From: Gemmatales bacterium
Lineage (GTDB): Bacteria; Planctomycetota; Planctomycetia; Gemmatales; HRBIN36
Assembly (NCBI GenBank): GCA_041640595.1
Contig: JBEPZY010000007.1
Span: 21,611-85,610, forward strand
DNA length: 64,000 bases
Reading direction: 5' to 3'
Each line of letters starts with the position of its first letter. Positions within the stretch are counted from its first letter, which is position 1. A model generated the notes under the pieces. The model had not been told where the DNA came from. It ran no database searches and saw only the letters and a program-made list of their open reading frames with translations. The translations under genes were made by a program, and so were the position numbers. Below, piece after piece: positions 40,008-49,902 of the stretch.

Positions 40008-40116
40008 ACAAAGTACGCTGCCAACAATCCCAGGGGGGACCTGCACCGAGCTTCAAGCCCTCGCCTGCCTGATTCGGGCCTTCCGAAGCCGGTTTCGCAG
40101 GAAAAAGGAGCAAGCC

Positions 40117-41421
40117 ATGCTGAAAGTAGTGTCCGACCGGGTGCATGGTAACTGTGCGGGAATACGTCGCCGCGATTTCTTGAAAGCAGGGGTTCTGGGG
40201 CTGACCGGTTTGACGCTAGGAGACTTGCTGCGAGCCAGGGCTTTGGCAGCGGAACAAGGTCAGCCGGTTCGTAATACGTCGGTGGTCTGGCTCTGGTTGC
40301 CAGGTGGCCCGACGCACATCGAAACGTTCGACCCGAAAATGACTGCGCCGGCAGAATACCGAAGCGTGGTGGGCGCGATAAAGACCTGCGTGCCAGGTAT
40401 CGAGATAGGGGCGATTTTCCCCAAGATGGCCCAGGTGGCTGACCGAATGGCATTTGTTCGGTCGTTTGCGCACACCAACTCGGGCCACGCCGGCGGTACG
40501 CACTTTGTTATGACGGGCTACGATCATATTCCGGCAGATAACGGAGCACCTCCAGTTCGCCCATCCATTGGGTCGATCGTGGCGCGGCTGCGAGGGCCCA
40601 ATCATCCGGTAACCGGATTGCCCACTTACGTGCGACTGGGTGGCATTTATGCGGATGGGCCTGCCTGGTTGGGACCAGCCTATGCGCCGTTCGATACCAC
40701 TGGCAATGCCCGCAGCAACATGAATTTGAAAGTTACGCTCCAGCAGCTGGAGGATCGCCGCAGGTTGTTGCGCTCCCTGGATCGCATCAATCGGGAGATT
40801 GATCAGAGCGGTTTGATGGCGGGACTGGATAGCTTCGACCAGCAGGCGTTCAACCTGATACTGGGACGGGCCAAGGATGTGTTCGACCTGAGCAAAGAAG
40901 ATCCGCGTGTGCGGGATCGCTATGGCCCGGGGTTGGGACAGCAACTACTTCTAGCTCGCCGGCTGTGTGAGGCTGGGGTGGGTTTCGTAACCGTGACTTA
41001 TGGTGGGTGGGATCATCACGGGAATATCAAGCAGGAATTGGAACGCCAGGCACCGCAACTCGACCATGCAGTTGCCACGTTTGTCGAGGACATCTACGCC
41101 CGCGGGCTAGACCGGCAGATTTTGCTCGTCATTACCGGTGAGTTCGGGCGCACACCGCGGATCAACGGCAGCGCTGGCCGCGACCACTGGGCGCCTCTGA
41201 GCACCCTGGCGTTGTCGGGTGGGGGATTGCGAATGGGTCAGGTGGTAGGCGAATCGAACGCCAAGGCAGAAGTGCCGAAATCCACGCCCATTACCCCGCA
41301 GGACCTTATGGCAACGATATTCCATGTGCTCGGCATAGATCCGCACGTGCAGTTCCGTGATCCCAGTGGCCGTCCCGTTTACATGGTGGAGAACGGCAAG
41401 CCAATTCAGGAGCTGATTTAG
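40117..41421 (+). CDS. DUF1501 family protein
   Basis: RRRDFL (Tat-like), GGPTHIETFDPK, LLARRLCEAGV, WDHH and GEFGRTPRIN..GRDHW; AGGAG RBS. Confidence 0.92.
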   Translation: MLKVVSDRVHGNCAGIRRRDFLKAGVLGLTGLTLGDLLRARALAAEQGQPVRNTSVVWLWLPGGPTHIETFDPKMTAPAEYRSVVGAIKTCVPGIEIGAIFPKMAQVADRMAFVRSFAHTNSGHAGGTHFVMTGYDHIPADNGAPPVRPSIGSIVARLRGPNHPVTGLPTYVRLGGIYADGPAWLGPAYAPFDTTGNARSNMNLKVTLQQLEDRRRLLRSLDRINREIDQSGLMAGLDSFDQQAFNLILGRAKDVFDLSKEDPRVRDRYGPGLGQQLLLARRLCEAGVGFVTVTYGGWDHHGNIKQELERQAPQLDHAVATFVEDIYARGLDRQILLVITGEFGRTPRINGSAGRDHWAPLSTLALSGGGLRMGQVVGESNAKAEVPKSTPITPQDLMATIFHVLGIDPHVQFRDPSGRPVYMVENGKPIQELI

Positions 41422-41440
41422 TTCGTCAGGCTGCCGACCT

Positions 41441-42106
41441 TCACCACGGCTCGACGATTACGCCGGGACGCAGAAACGGATTGGTACGCTTTTCATGCCC
41501 GATGGTCGTAACGGGTCCGTGCCCTGGATAAACCACGGTATCATCGGGCAGAGTAAGAAGTTTCTGCTGAATACCCTGAATGAGTAACTGGCCATTTCCC
41601 CCTGGGAAATCAAAGCGTCCGATGCTCCCGCGGAATAGGACATCTCCGCCCCATAAGCACCAGGGAATCGCGTCGCGGCACAGATAGACGACATGCCCTG
41701 GTGTGTGCCCTGGAACTTCCAGCACGTGCCAATTTATCCCTGCTGCCTGCACTGTGTCTCCTTCGTACAGTAACACATCCGCCGCGGGGCTGACGAGCGG
41801 GAAACCGAAGTCGGCGCTGAGATTGGCATGGGCATCAGTGAGCATGACGGCATCGGCATGGCCAATGTAAAGTCTGGCGCTCGGAAATGCTTTCTTGAGC
41901 GCGGCGTTGCCGGCGATGTGGTCTGCGTGGCCGTGAGTGTTGAGTATGGCCACAAGTTCGAGACGTTCCTCCGCCAGGATTTGTAAAAGGGCATCGGGTT
42001 CCAGACCGGGATCGAAAACGACACACTCCCGGCAGCCCGGTTGCCAGACAATGTAGCTATTTTCGCCAAAAGGTGCGGAAACAACTGTGCGAATTTCCAA
42101 GGTCAT
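41441..42106 (-). CDS. MBL-fold metallo-hydrolase (YcbL/GloC-like)
   Basis: THGHADH, PGHTPG, GDVLF, PGHG and EKRTNPFL. Confidence 0.92.
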   Translation of the reverse strand: MTLEIRTVVSAPFGENSYIVWQPGCRECVVFDPGLEPDALLQILAEERLELVAILNTHGHADHIAGNAALKKAFPSARLYIGHADAVMLTDAHANLSADFGFPLVSPAADVLLYEGDTVQAAGINWHVLEVPGHTPGHVVYLCRDAIPWCLWGGDVLFRGSIGRFDFPGGNGQLLIQGIQQKLLTLPDDTVVYPGHGPVTTIGHEKRTNPFLRPGVIVEPW

Positions 42107-42244
42107 CGTGGGGCGATGTCTCCATTTTGCAGGGTTCTGAGTCGTCACCAGACAATGGGCTTGTCTAGAGGGATATCGTTTTTTATACGAGAAGTCGTGG
42201 AATGTGCGGATGAAACCCCTAGGACGCTACGGAGGCCAATACTT

Positions 42245-43087
42245 ATGCCATGGAAGACGATTCTGGCCGGCGGGTTAGTCGTAGCCGCCGGTTTGACTGC
42301 CTGGTGTATGTATCAGTATCGAGGTGGGCTCTCTGGGCAAAACGTGGAGCAAAGGGAGTCGTCGCAGGCTGAAGCTAACGAAACGAGTCTCGACAAGGCG
42401 CTGGAGCTTCTCCACGTTGCCGCCAATCGGTTGGCGACCGTGCGAGACTATCGTTGTCAGTATCTACGCAAGGAATTGATTGATGGCGAGTGGAAGAAGA
42501 ATCATGTCTTGCTCCGCATACGCCACCAGCCTTTTAGCGTTTATATGGAGTGGGTATCGGATGAGGCGACAAAACGTGGTCGGAAGGTTGCTTACCACGA
42601 ACAGATGGGGGACAAGATGCTGGTTCGGGTGCCGCTGCTGGGAATAGTGAGGCAAATGGACTTGCAGACCAGCGTTCGCATGAAGGAAAGCAAGTACACG
42701 GTGGCACAGGCTGGGATCAAAAACCTGGTGGAGCGGTTGTCGGAACGCTGGGAGCGGGAAAAACAGTTAGGACTGACCAGGGTACAGTGCCAGGATGTAG
42801 AACTGGAAGTGGCGGTCGGGACGCAAACGTTTCGGCAACCATGTGTTTGCATCACAACACTGCATCCGTCTCAACACCGCGAAGTGTTCCAGCGGGAAGG
42901 CTTTATGTTTCACCGCACCAGCGTTTACTTTGCGAAGGATGGCCCGGCTGCCGGTTTGCCAGTGCAGTTGAAAGGTTATGACTGGCCGGCCGATGGTTCG
43001 GACGGCGAGGGTCCCCTGGTTGAAGAGTCCGCATACGTGCAAATCGAATTGAATGTCGGTCTTACTGACCGAGATTTTGAACCATAG
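42245..43087 (+). CDS. DUF1571-like exported protein
   Basis: N-terminal TM, VRDYRC, IRHQPFSVYMEW, SKYTVAQAGI, YDWP and NVGLTDRDF. Confidence 0.8.
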   Translation: MPWKTILAGGLVVAAGLTAWCMYQYRGGLSGQNVEQRESSQAEANETSLDKALELLHVAANRLATVRDYRCQYLRKELIDGEWKKNHVLLRIRHQPFSVYMEWVSDEATKRGRKVAYHEQMGDKMLVRVPLLGIVRQMDLQTSVRMKESKYTVAQAGIKNLVERLSERWEREKQLGLTRVQCQDVELEVAVGTQTFRQPCVCITTLHPSQHREVFQREGFMFHRTSVYFAKDGPAAGLPVQLKGYDWPADGSDGEGPLVEESAYVQIELNVGLTDRDFEP

Positions 43088-43268
43088 CGCAAAAAGTCCA
43101 ACGCTGTTCTCGGATAAGGCTGGTAATGAAGGCAATGCTGGTTGTCTTCGTTTTTCGAGAGCGTGAATACGCCGACCAGACTTGCAGCAGTCAGGGGCTC
43201 AATTTCCCGGTCTGTCGCAATTGTGCCTGGCCGGGCTGGCGAGTGCGCGATTCGGACTGTGGCCTTTG

Positions 43269-44471
43269 TTACTTCCAGGACCGGCAGGCCGGATGTCTGA
43301 GTGGCAGCCACGCACCGCCTTCCTTGGAACTGGCCACGCATTGCCGGATGAAGTTCATGCCGTCCACACCGTCGTACACGTTTGGATACAGGGTGTTTTT
43401 GGGGTCAACCTTTTGACCTGTCGCTCGTTTGATAATGTCGTCGTAAGCGGCCGTGTAGATGTTGGCGAAGGCTTCGATGAATGCTTCCGGATGCCCCGAA
43501 GGAAGACGGCTGCTGCGTTTGGCCGTTTCGGTGGTAAACGGGGCATTGGGATCGCGCGTGTAAAGCCGATGGGGTTGCCCGTTCACCTTAAACCACATTT
43601 TGTTGGGCTCTTCCTGGTGCCATTCGAGCGAACCTTTAGTGCCATCAATTTCGATCCACAAATCGTTTTCTCGGCCATGGGAAATTTGTGAGGCGGTTAC
43701 CGTTCCCAGCGCTCCGTTCTGGTACTGAATGATGCAGGTGCCATAGTCATCCAGCTGGCGACCGGGTTCGAAAATTTTGAGGGTGCAGGAAACCTTGTCC
43801 GGGAGCAAACCGGTAATATAGCGGCCCAGATTATAGGCATGAGTGCCGATGTCACCAAAACATCCCGCCGCCCCGCTACGAGCGGGATCGGTGCGCCAGC
43901 TGGCCTGCTTTTGCCCCTGCAATTCCAGGCGTGTACGCAGCCAGCCCTGAATGTAGAAGGCACGAATGGCCTGAATTTCGCCGAGTTCGCCATTGAGCAC
44001 CATGTCGCGTGCCTGTCGCACCAGGGGATAACCGGTGTAGTTATGAGTGAGGGCGAACACGATCCCCGTGCGCTCAACAATCCGCGCCAGTTCTTCAGCT
44101 TCCTCGAGAGTCAAAGTCATGGGTTTGTCGCAAATGACATTGAAGCCGGCTTCGGCGAAAGCTTTGGCGATTGGGAAATGGGTGTGATTGGGTGTGGCAA
44201 TGGTAACGAAGTCAATCCGCTGATCCGGCGGGAGCTTGCTCTCCTTTTCGACCATCTCCTGGTAGGAACCATAGGCCCGTTCGGGAGGAATGTCGTAATC
44301 GGGAGCCGAGGCCCTGGCACGTTGCGGATCGGAAGACAGAGCACCAGCCACAAGGACGGCGCGGTTGTCGAGAATCGCCGCCATTGCATGCACACGTCCG
44401 ATGAATGCTCCCTGACCACCACCGACCAGACCCATACGCAGTTTGCGATTCAGGGGCGCGTTCACAGCCAT
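43269..44471 (-). CDS. Gfo/Idh/MocA-family oxidoreductase
   Basis: [33 protein letters not shown] and [25 protein letters not shown]. Confidence 0.92.
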   Translation of the reverse strand: MAVNAPLNRKLRMGLVGGGQGAFIGRVHAMAAILDNRAVLVAGALSSDPQRARASAPDYDIPPERAYGSYQEMVEKESKLPPDQRIDFVTIATPNHTHFPIAKAFAEAGFNVICDKPMTLTLEEAEELARIVERTGIVFALTHNYTGYPLVRQARDMVLNGELGEIQAIRAFYIQGWLRTRLELQGQKQASWRTDPARSGAAGCFGDIGTHAYNLGRYITGLLPDKVSCTLKIFEPGRQLDDYGTCIIQYQNGALGTVTASQISHGRENDLWIEIDGTKGSLEWHQEEPNKMWFKVNGQPHRLYTRDPNAPFTTETAKRSSRLPSGHPEAFIEAFANIYTAAYDDIIKRATGQKVDPKNTLYPNVYDGVDGMNFIRQCVASSKEGGAWLPLRHPACRSWK

Positions 44472-44521
44472 GAGGTCTCTCCTTGAATAGCGGTTACCCT
44501 GGCTTTTATCCCGTAGTCTGA

Positions 44522-44537
44522 CGCAAGTTGTATGCCT
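44522..44537 (-). promoter_or_regulatory. Putative sigma54 promoter of the oxidoreductase
   Basis: Minus strand AGGCAT-ACAAC-TTGCG with GG-N10-GC spacing; predicted +1 about 40 nt upstream of the ATG at 44471. Confidence 0.5.
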
Positions 44538-44566
44538 CAGGGCATGCGTCGGCCAGAACTCTGTGA

Positions 44567-44723
44567 GGGCCTTTGTCACACCAGCGCGGGGCCACGTTAT
44601 TGAACCATGCCTGGGCTGCCGCAACATACGGGGGTTTTATCAGACCAGCGCGGGCGACACATCCGGATACCGGACATCCGCAATAGGCGATGCCAGGGTT
44701 TTATCAGACCAGCGCGGGGCGAC
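44567..44723. CRISPR. Degenerate CRISPR-like mini-array: 3 repeats (27-29 nt), 2 spacers (36 and 37 nt)
   Basis: GGGCCTTTGTCACACCAGCGCGGGGCCAC (44567-44595), GGGTTTTATCAGACCAGCGCGGGCGAC (44632-44658) and GGGTTTTATCAGACCAGCGCGGGGCGAC (44696-44723). The repeat is directly visible; CRISPR identity is inferred. Confidence 0.4.
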
Positions 44724-44919
44724 GTGTGCCGAAACGCCGAGATGCAAGCCGCACCGAAGCTCGGAGGTGTCTGGGAATTCCAACGGGTGGGCCCTGTTTT
44801 ACATCCATCAGGCGGTGCTGGCGTCTCGCCTTGCGAAGCCTCGCGGCTGCTGATATACAGCTGGACAGCGCTGCGATCTTGTCTTCGCCGGGAGATTTGA
44901 CCGAACTGCGAGGCAGAAG

Positions 44920-45516
44920 ATGACCACTAGCCAAGTGCTCGTGCTGGCTGTAGCGGCAATTACCTGGTACGGGTTTGGCTCACGAATGCGGCGGTCATTT
45001 CGATACGCAGACGTCTGGACTCCGGCGAAAACTTTGCTCGTGGTAAGTGGGTGGATTTGTACCCTCGGTCAGCTGACCGCACTGTTCTGGTTCCCCCCGC
45101 CGAGCTGGTGGCATGCGGGTGGGGCACTGGCGATTTACGGCTGGGCGAATTTATTATTCTGGTCAGCACTGCGGGCCCACGGGCAAACCAAACCTGCTTT
45201 CGTTTTTACCGAGGCAGCTCCCTGTTCCTTTTGCACAACAGGGCCATATCGCTATGTACGCCATCCGTTGTATGCGGCATATCTTTTTGCCTGGCTGAGT
45301 CCGCCTATTGCCACAGGCCAGTGGTGGTTGTTCGGCACGACGGCATGGATGGGCGGTTTGTACCTGCTGGCGGCCTGGCAGGAGGAAAGGGCTTTCCTTC
45401 GTAGTTCCTACGCCCCTGCATACCATGCTTATCGCTTCCGTACAGGGATGTTCCTGCCGCGACTTTCCACTTTATGGCAAGATGCTCGACAGTTCTGGCG
45501 GGCGAGCCGTAACTGA
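44920..45516 (+). CDS. Isoprenylcysteine carboxyl-/phospholipid methyltransferase family membrane protein
   Basis: Multiple TMs, TGPYRYVRHPLY, EERAF..Y..Y...TGMFLP. Confidence 0.85.
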   Translation: MTTSQVLVLAVAAITWYGFGSRMRRSFRYADVWTPAKTLLVVSGWICTLGQLTALFWFPPPSWWHAGGALAIYGWANLLFWSALRAHGQTKPAFVFTEAAPCSFCTTGPYRYVRHPLYAAYLFAWLSPPIATGQWWLFGTTAWMGGLYLLAAWQEERAFLRSSYAPAYHAYRFRTGMFLPRLSTLWQDARQFWRASRN

Positions 45517-45800
45517 CCGGCCGGAAACGATCGGCCAGCACCACGGTAGCACGGTCCCCGCCTCAAATGAAAGCCCGCTGCCCGTCAGCAATGGCAAATC
45601 GCCCGCCGAACCGGTTTTCCTGGTGGCGATGGAGAGCAAGGGCGGTGCTGGTCTGGCCGACGTGGTGTTTATACATTTAAGCGTGCCTACCCTCAGCAGT
45701 GTAGCATGTGTCGCCATTTTGCCCGTCAATTAAACGCTCCTGCTGACCCGCCTTATTTGGCCAACCTGCCGGGAAATGACCTATCAGCGAGGACTGGGCC

Positions 45801-47099
45801 ATGCAAGTGATGCGAATCGCGCTTTTAGGGTTAGTTGCGGCTCTAGCAGCCTGTGGTGCCCACACAAACCGACCGGCAAGCAGTTCTGCTGTGGCTGCTG
45901 CTACGAACGCCCCTGCGATCAGCTGGCCACAATGGCGGGGGCCTTACCGTGATGCTATCTGCAGGGAAACCGGTTTGTTGCCAAAGTGGCCCAAAGACGG
46001 TCCCCCTTTGCTTTGGGAGGCGAAAGGATTAGGTCGGGGCTACTCCAGTGTTTCCATTGCTGGTGGCCGGCTTTTCACTATGGGCGACCGATCGGATGCG
46101 TGTTACGTCATCTGCCTCGATGCTGAGAATGGAAAGGAGCAATGGGCTACCAAGGTGGGTAAAACTGGCGGTAGTTATCCCGGACCGCGGTCCACGCCTA
46201 CAGTTGACGGCGACCGCGTTTATGCCCTGGGACAGTTTGGCGACCTGGTCTGCCTGAACGTTTCCGATGGCAAAGAATTGTGGCGAAAAAGCTTGCCCAA
46301 CGACTTCAAAGGCCGAAAAGGGGACGGCTGGCATTACAGCGAGTCCGTGCTCATTGATGGAGAAAAACTCCTGTGCACGCCGGGCGGGGAAGAAGCACCT
46401 ATCGTGGCTCTGAACAAACTGACCGGGGAGGTGATCTGGAAAGCCAAGATACCCGGAGGTGTTCGTGCTGGACATGCTTCCATGGTGATTGCGGAGGTTG
46501 GGGTCCGGCAGTACATTCAACTGACGGCGGACGGCGTGGTTGGCGTGCGGGCCAGCGATGGCCAGTTGCTCTGGCGTTGGGGCCAGGGAAAAATCGCTCC
46601 CAATACCGCCAACATTCCCACGCCCATCGTCGAAGGCGACAAGGTTTTCGTGACCGTCGGGTACGGAAAAGGTGGCGGATCGTTGCGGCTCATTCCTCGC
46701 CCCAACGGCTGCGATGTGGAAGAAGTGTATTTCGAGCGCCGGTTGACCAATCGTCATGGTGGTGTTGTTCTGGTCAACGGTTATCTTTACGGCGACCGCG
46801 ACAATAGCGGTTTTCCCTGGTGTGCTGAGTTTTCCACAGGCAAAATTATGTGGTCGAAACAAACACGTGGCCCAGGCGAAGGCTCGGCGGCGATCCTTTA
46901 CGCCGACGGCAAACTGTACATTCGCTATGACAATGGCATCCTGGCTCTGGTAGAAGCTTCGCCCCACGAATATCGGGAAATCAGCACCTTCAAAATCCCG
47001 CACAGTTCCCGTCAAAGCTGGTCGCATCCGGTCATCTGTAACGGCAAACTGTACCTGCGCGAACAGGATTACCTTCTGTGCTATAACTTGCGACCGTAA
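45801..47099 (+). CDS. PQQ-like beta-propeller lipoprotein
   Basis: Lipobox LAAC, WPQWRGP, GYSS, GPRSTPTV, repeated GK/GE..W blades, WSHPVICNGKLYLR. Confidence 0.88.
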   Translation: MQVMRIALLGLVAALAACGAHTNRPASSSAVAAATNAPAISWPQWRGPYRDAICRETGLLPKWPKDGPPLLWEAKGLGRGYSSVSIAGGRLFTMGDRSDACYVICLDAENGKEQWATKVGKTGGSYPGPRSTPTVDGDRVYALGQFGDLVCLNVSDGKELWRKSLPNDFKGRKGDGWHYSESVLIDGEKLLCTPGGEEAPIVALNKLTGEVIWKAKIPGGVRAGHASMVIAEVGVRQYIQLTADGVVGVRASDGQLLWRWGQGKIAPNTANIPTPIVEGDKVFVTVGYGKGGGSLRLIPRPNGCDVEEVYFERRLTNRHGGVVLVNGYLYGDRDNSGFPWCAEFSTGKIMWSKQTRGPGEGSAAILYADGKLYIRYDNGILALVEASPHEYREISTFKIPHSSRQSWSHPVICNGKLYLREQDYLLCYNLRP

Positions 47100-47224
47100 C
47101 ATTCCGCATGGTCTCTCCGTTTTGAACCAGAATTTCAACACGAATGACCTGTTGCCGGTCAACTTTGTAGCCCGCTGAAGACGATGGAAGGGACGCGAGG
47201 TGATACCTTCAGCCAGGGCGGCAC

Positions 47225-48592
47225 ATGTCGGATATTAGCCACCAGGAAAGCGTGATTCGTCAGTTGCAGGAATGGGAAGCGGAACTCATTCGCCGCGAGG
47301 AAGCGCTCCGTCGCCGCGAGCTGGAACTTCAGGAACGGGAAGCGCTGGTCTCTCCGCTTGTGGACAATTCGAAGCAAGAGCTGGAGGGATTGGAGCAGCG
47401 CATACGAAATGCCCGGCGGCGTTTGCTGACTCTCGCCGAGGAATATGACCGCTTACGAAGCAAGATTTCCGCACTGACGCAACATACGCAACCATTGCCG
47501 GACGACCTTTCCTCGCCAGCCAGTGCGAACATCGGCGCCACGGATGGCAAATCTGTTCCGGAAAAGAACGAGTCGTTACCCTGGCCACCGGTAGCTATGC
47601 AAAAGTTAACCGAGCCTATCGCTTGCCTGCAGCAGCTTGTCGGCGAATTGCTGGATCGGGCGATTGAACTGCATGAATTGTCCAACCGGTTAGCCGAGCT
47701 CCGTCAGCAATGGCTGACCGAGTGGGATGCTGCTATAGAGGAACTGCAAAACCGCGCTCGAACTCTGGCCAACTGGGAACAGGACCTGCACCGTCGTCAC
47801 GCAGGTTTGAAGCGAGCTGAAGTGCATCTCTCTCGCCAGGCACACGAACAAATGGCTCGTCAACTGCAATTGCAAGCGGCGGAGACACGCCTGGCTGCAC
47901 ATCAGCGTGCCTGGGAGTTAGCATTCAAACAGCTCAAGATTCGCTGGCGGCAGGCCACTCGGTCATTGCGCCGGCGCGAATTACACCTGCAATGGCTCTA
48001 CGACGAATGGCGAACTCGCTCACAAACCTCCTACCAGCGCTGGCAGGAAGCCCATCGCCAGGCCTATGAGCAAGCCCAACGCTATGCCCGTCTCAGTCAG
48101 CAATGCCAGGAATTCCTGGCGCAGCTAGAAGTAGCACGGTTTCGGCTTTGGGAAAAACAGCAGGCCCTGGAAGCGGCAGTGCAAACCTGGACTATGCAAA
48201 CCGACGATCCTGCTGCCGCAGAAGAACACTGGCAAGCCTGCCAGCAGCGATTGGCGGAACATTTGGCTCGATGGGAACAACGATTACAGCAGCGTGAGCG
48301 CCAGCTGGCCGGCGAATGGCACGCTTTGACTCGTTTGCTTTCCAATCTGTACCAGCGCGAACGCGAAGTACAGGCAAGCTCGCAGAAACTGTATTTGGAT
48401 ACGCTTGCCCAGCAGTGGCAAGCTTATTGCCGTTGGGCGGAAAGCCAGCACAATTTGACCAAGGTCGACATTGCACACGCTGAACGGGATTATCTCTGGG
48501 CAACAAACGCGGCGTTGCTTTCCGATATCGAGAAACTAGCCGTTTGCCTGCTGCAACCTGTGGCTCAGCAACCTTTATCTCAGGCCGCTTGA
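47225..48592 (+). CDS. Long coiled-coil protein, unknown function
   Basis: Q/E/R/L/A/W-rich heptad-like sequence over most of its 455 aa. Confidence 0.75.
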   Translation: MSDISHQESVIRQLQEWEAELIRREEALRRRELELQEREALVSPLVDNSKQELEGLEQRIRNARRRLLTLAEEYDRLRSKISALTQHTQPLPDDLSSPASANIGATDGKSVPEKNESLPWPPVAMQKLTEPIACLQQLVGELLDRAIELHELSNRLAELRQQWLTEWDAAIEELQNRARTLANWEQDLHRRHAGLKRAEVHLSRQAHEQMARQLQLQAAETRLAAHQRAWELAFKQLKIRWRQATRSLRRRELHLQWLYDEWRTRSQTSYQRWQEAHRQAYEQAQRYARLSQQCQEFLAQLEVARFRLWEKQQALEAAVQTWTMQTDDPAAAEEHWQACQQRLAEHLARWEQRLQQRERQLAGEWHALTRLLSNLYQREREVQASSQKLYLDTLAQQWQAYCRWAESQHNLTKVDIAHAERDYLWATNAALLSDIEKLAVCLLQPVAQQPLSQAA

Positions 48593-48694
48593 AGTGGCAT
48601 CGTTGTGCCCGCTATTGACAGCCCAGTTCGGTTCAAACACGCACCATAGCACCAAAGGCCGGAGCTAATGGGCCTCAATAACAAACGAGGACGT

Positions 48695-49429
48695 TCAGGA
48701 AGCAGCAATCGGAACGCCCAGAAACGCAAATGTCTGCCAGAAGGCAGGCGGTTTTGCCGTAAAGGTCATCTTGGCACCAGTGATGGGATGAACAATACTT
48801 AGTTTGTAAGCATGCAAAGCGATGGCGTCGTCAAGACGAAAACTCGATCCGTATTTCCTGTCCCCATAAATAGGGCAACCGCGATCGGCGAGCTGAGCGC
48901 GAAGTTGATGGCGTCGGCCTGTTTCTGGGCGTAACTCTAACCAGGACAAACCCCGGCCTATGCTTTTCCGCTCATAGTGCAGCACAGCTAAACGGCTACC
49001 TGGCAAGCGTTGCCTGGAGACTCGGACACGCTGGGCTCGTTCATCTCGGCATAGCCAGTCTTGCAAGGTTCCGCGTACACCCGGAAAAATCCCCTCCACA
49101 ATCGCCCAGTATATTTTTTCTACCGATTTGCTCCGAAATTGTTCGGTCAGACGGCTGGCTGCTTTGCTGGTGCGAGCTAATACCAGCACCCCGGTAACGG
49201 GCTTGTCCAGCCGGTGAACGATACCGATATAGACGTTGCCTGGCTTATGGTACCTTTGTTTGAGATAATTGGCGGCCCAGCGATGCACACTGGCAGGCGT
49301 TGCCGTTCCGCTCATGACAGCCAATCCGGCGGGCTTATTGACCACCAGCAGATGCGAATCTTCGTAAATCACCTGGCAGGTTGGGTTATTCACGACGAAA
49401 TGTGCCCTGACTGGTCGGGTGTTGACCAT
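48695..49429 (-). CDS. RluA-family pseudouridine synthase
   Basis: VNKPAG, HRLDKPVTG, TGRRHQLR, GDRKY and LHA. Confidence 0.93.
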   Translation of the reverse strand: MVNTRPVRAHFVVNNPTCQVIYEDSHLLVVNKPAGLAVMSGTATPASVHRWAANYLKQRYHKPGNVYIGIVHRLDKPVTGVLVLARTSKAASRLTEQFRSKSVEKIYWAIVEGIFPGVRGTLQDWLCRDERAQRVRVSRQRLPGSRLAVLHYERKSIGRGLSWLELRPETGRRHQLRAQLADRGCPIYGDRKYGSSFRLDDAIALHAYKLSIVHPITGAKMTFTAKPPAFWQTFAFLGVPIAAS

Positions 49430-49854
49430 CGCTTGTTGTCAGCCTCGTGGTCGCCGAACGGGTCGGGAGTGTTGTCGAACCGCTCCAGGTCGCGATCGGT
49501 CCAGCCAAAATGATGGGCCAGTTCGTGGATCACCGTCTTCCGAATCTCGATCCGCAGCTGCTCAGGATCAGGAAAATCTCTCTCCAGAGGCCCTTTATAG
49601 ATGACGATGCGATATGGCATGGTGTGGGGGTCAATTGCCTCCGTCCACGGCGATGTCTTGATCACCGGCTCGAACAAACCGTAAATCGTGTGTCCCGTCG
49701 CGATTTCCTCTTCCGTCAACCCAACGGCACGCAGCACTTCTGGGCTCGGCTCCTGTTCGACATCCACAATCACGTTGCCGAGGTGATGGCTTATTTCCTC
49801 GGGCAAATTGTCCAGTACCTGCTTCACTACGCCGCAGAATTCTTTCCAGGTCAT
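49390..49854 (-). CDS. Zincin-like metallopeptidase (DUF1025 / Zincin_1)
   Basis: YGLF, IVIYKGPL and TVIHELAHHFG. Confidence 0.85.
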   Translation of the reverse strand: MTWKEFCGVVKQVLDNLPEEISHHLGNVIVDVEQEPSPEVLRAVGLTEEEIATGHTIYGLFEPVIKTSPWTEAIDPHTMPYRIVIYKGPLERDFPDPEQLRIEIRKTVIHELAHHFGWTDRDLERFDNTPDPFGDHEADNKRWSTPDQSGHISS

Positions 49855-49902
49855 AGATGTTTTTGCCTCGGCGGAACGCCGTTGGAGTGATTTCGCTATA
49901 CT

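Noticed and set aside
44563..44934. Short overlapping ORFs across the triple repeat
   Set aside because: The repeats fall in different frames (periods 65 and 64), so they are not a coding repeat.
46029..47162. 377-aa minus-strand ORF
   Set aside because: Antisense shadow of the PQQ-like beta-propeller gene.
48620..48650. GGTTCAAA...ACCA resembling a tRNA 3' end
   Set aside because: No T-stem pairing, acceptor stem or cloverleaf.
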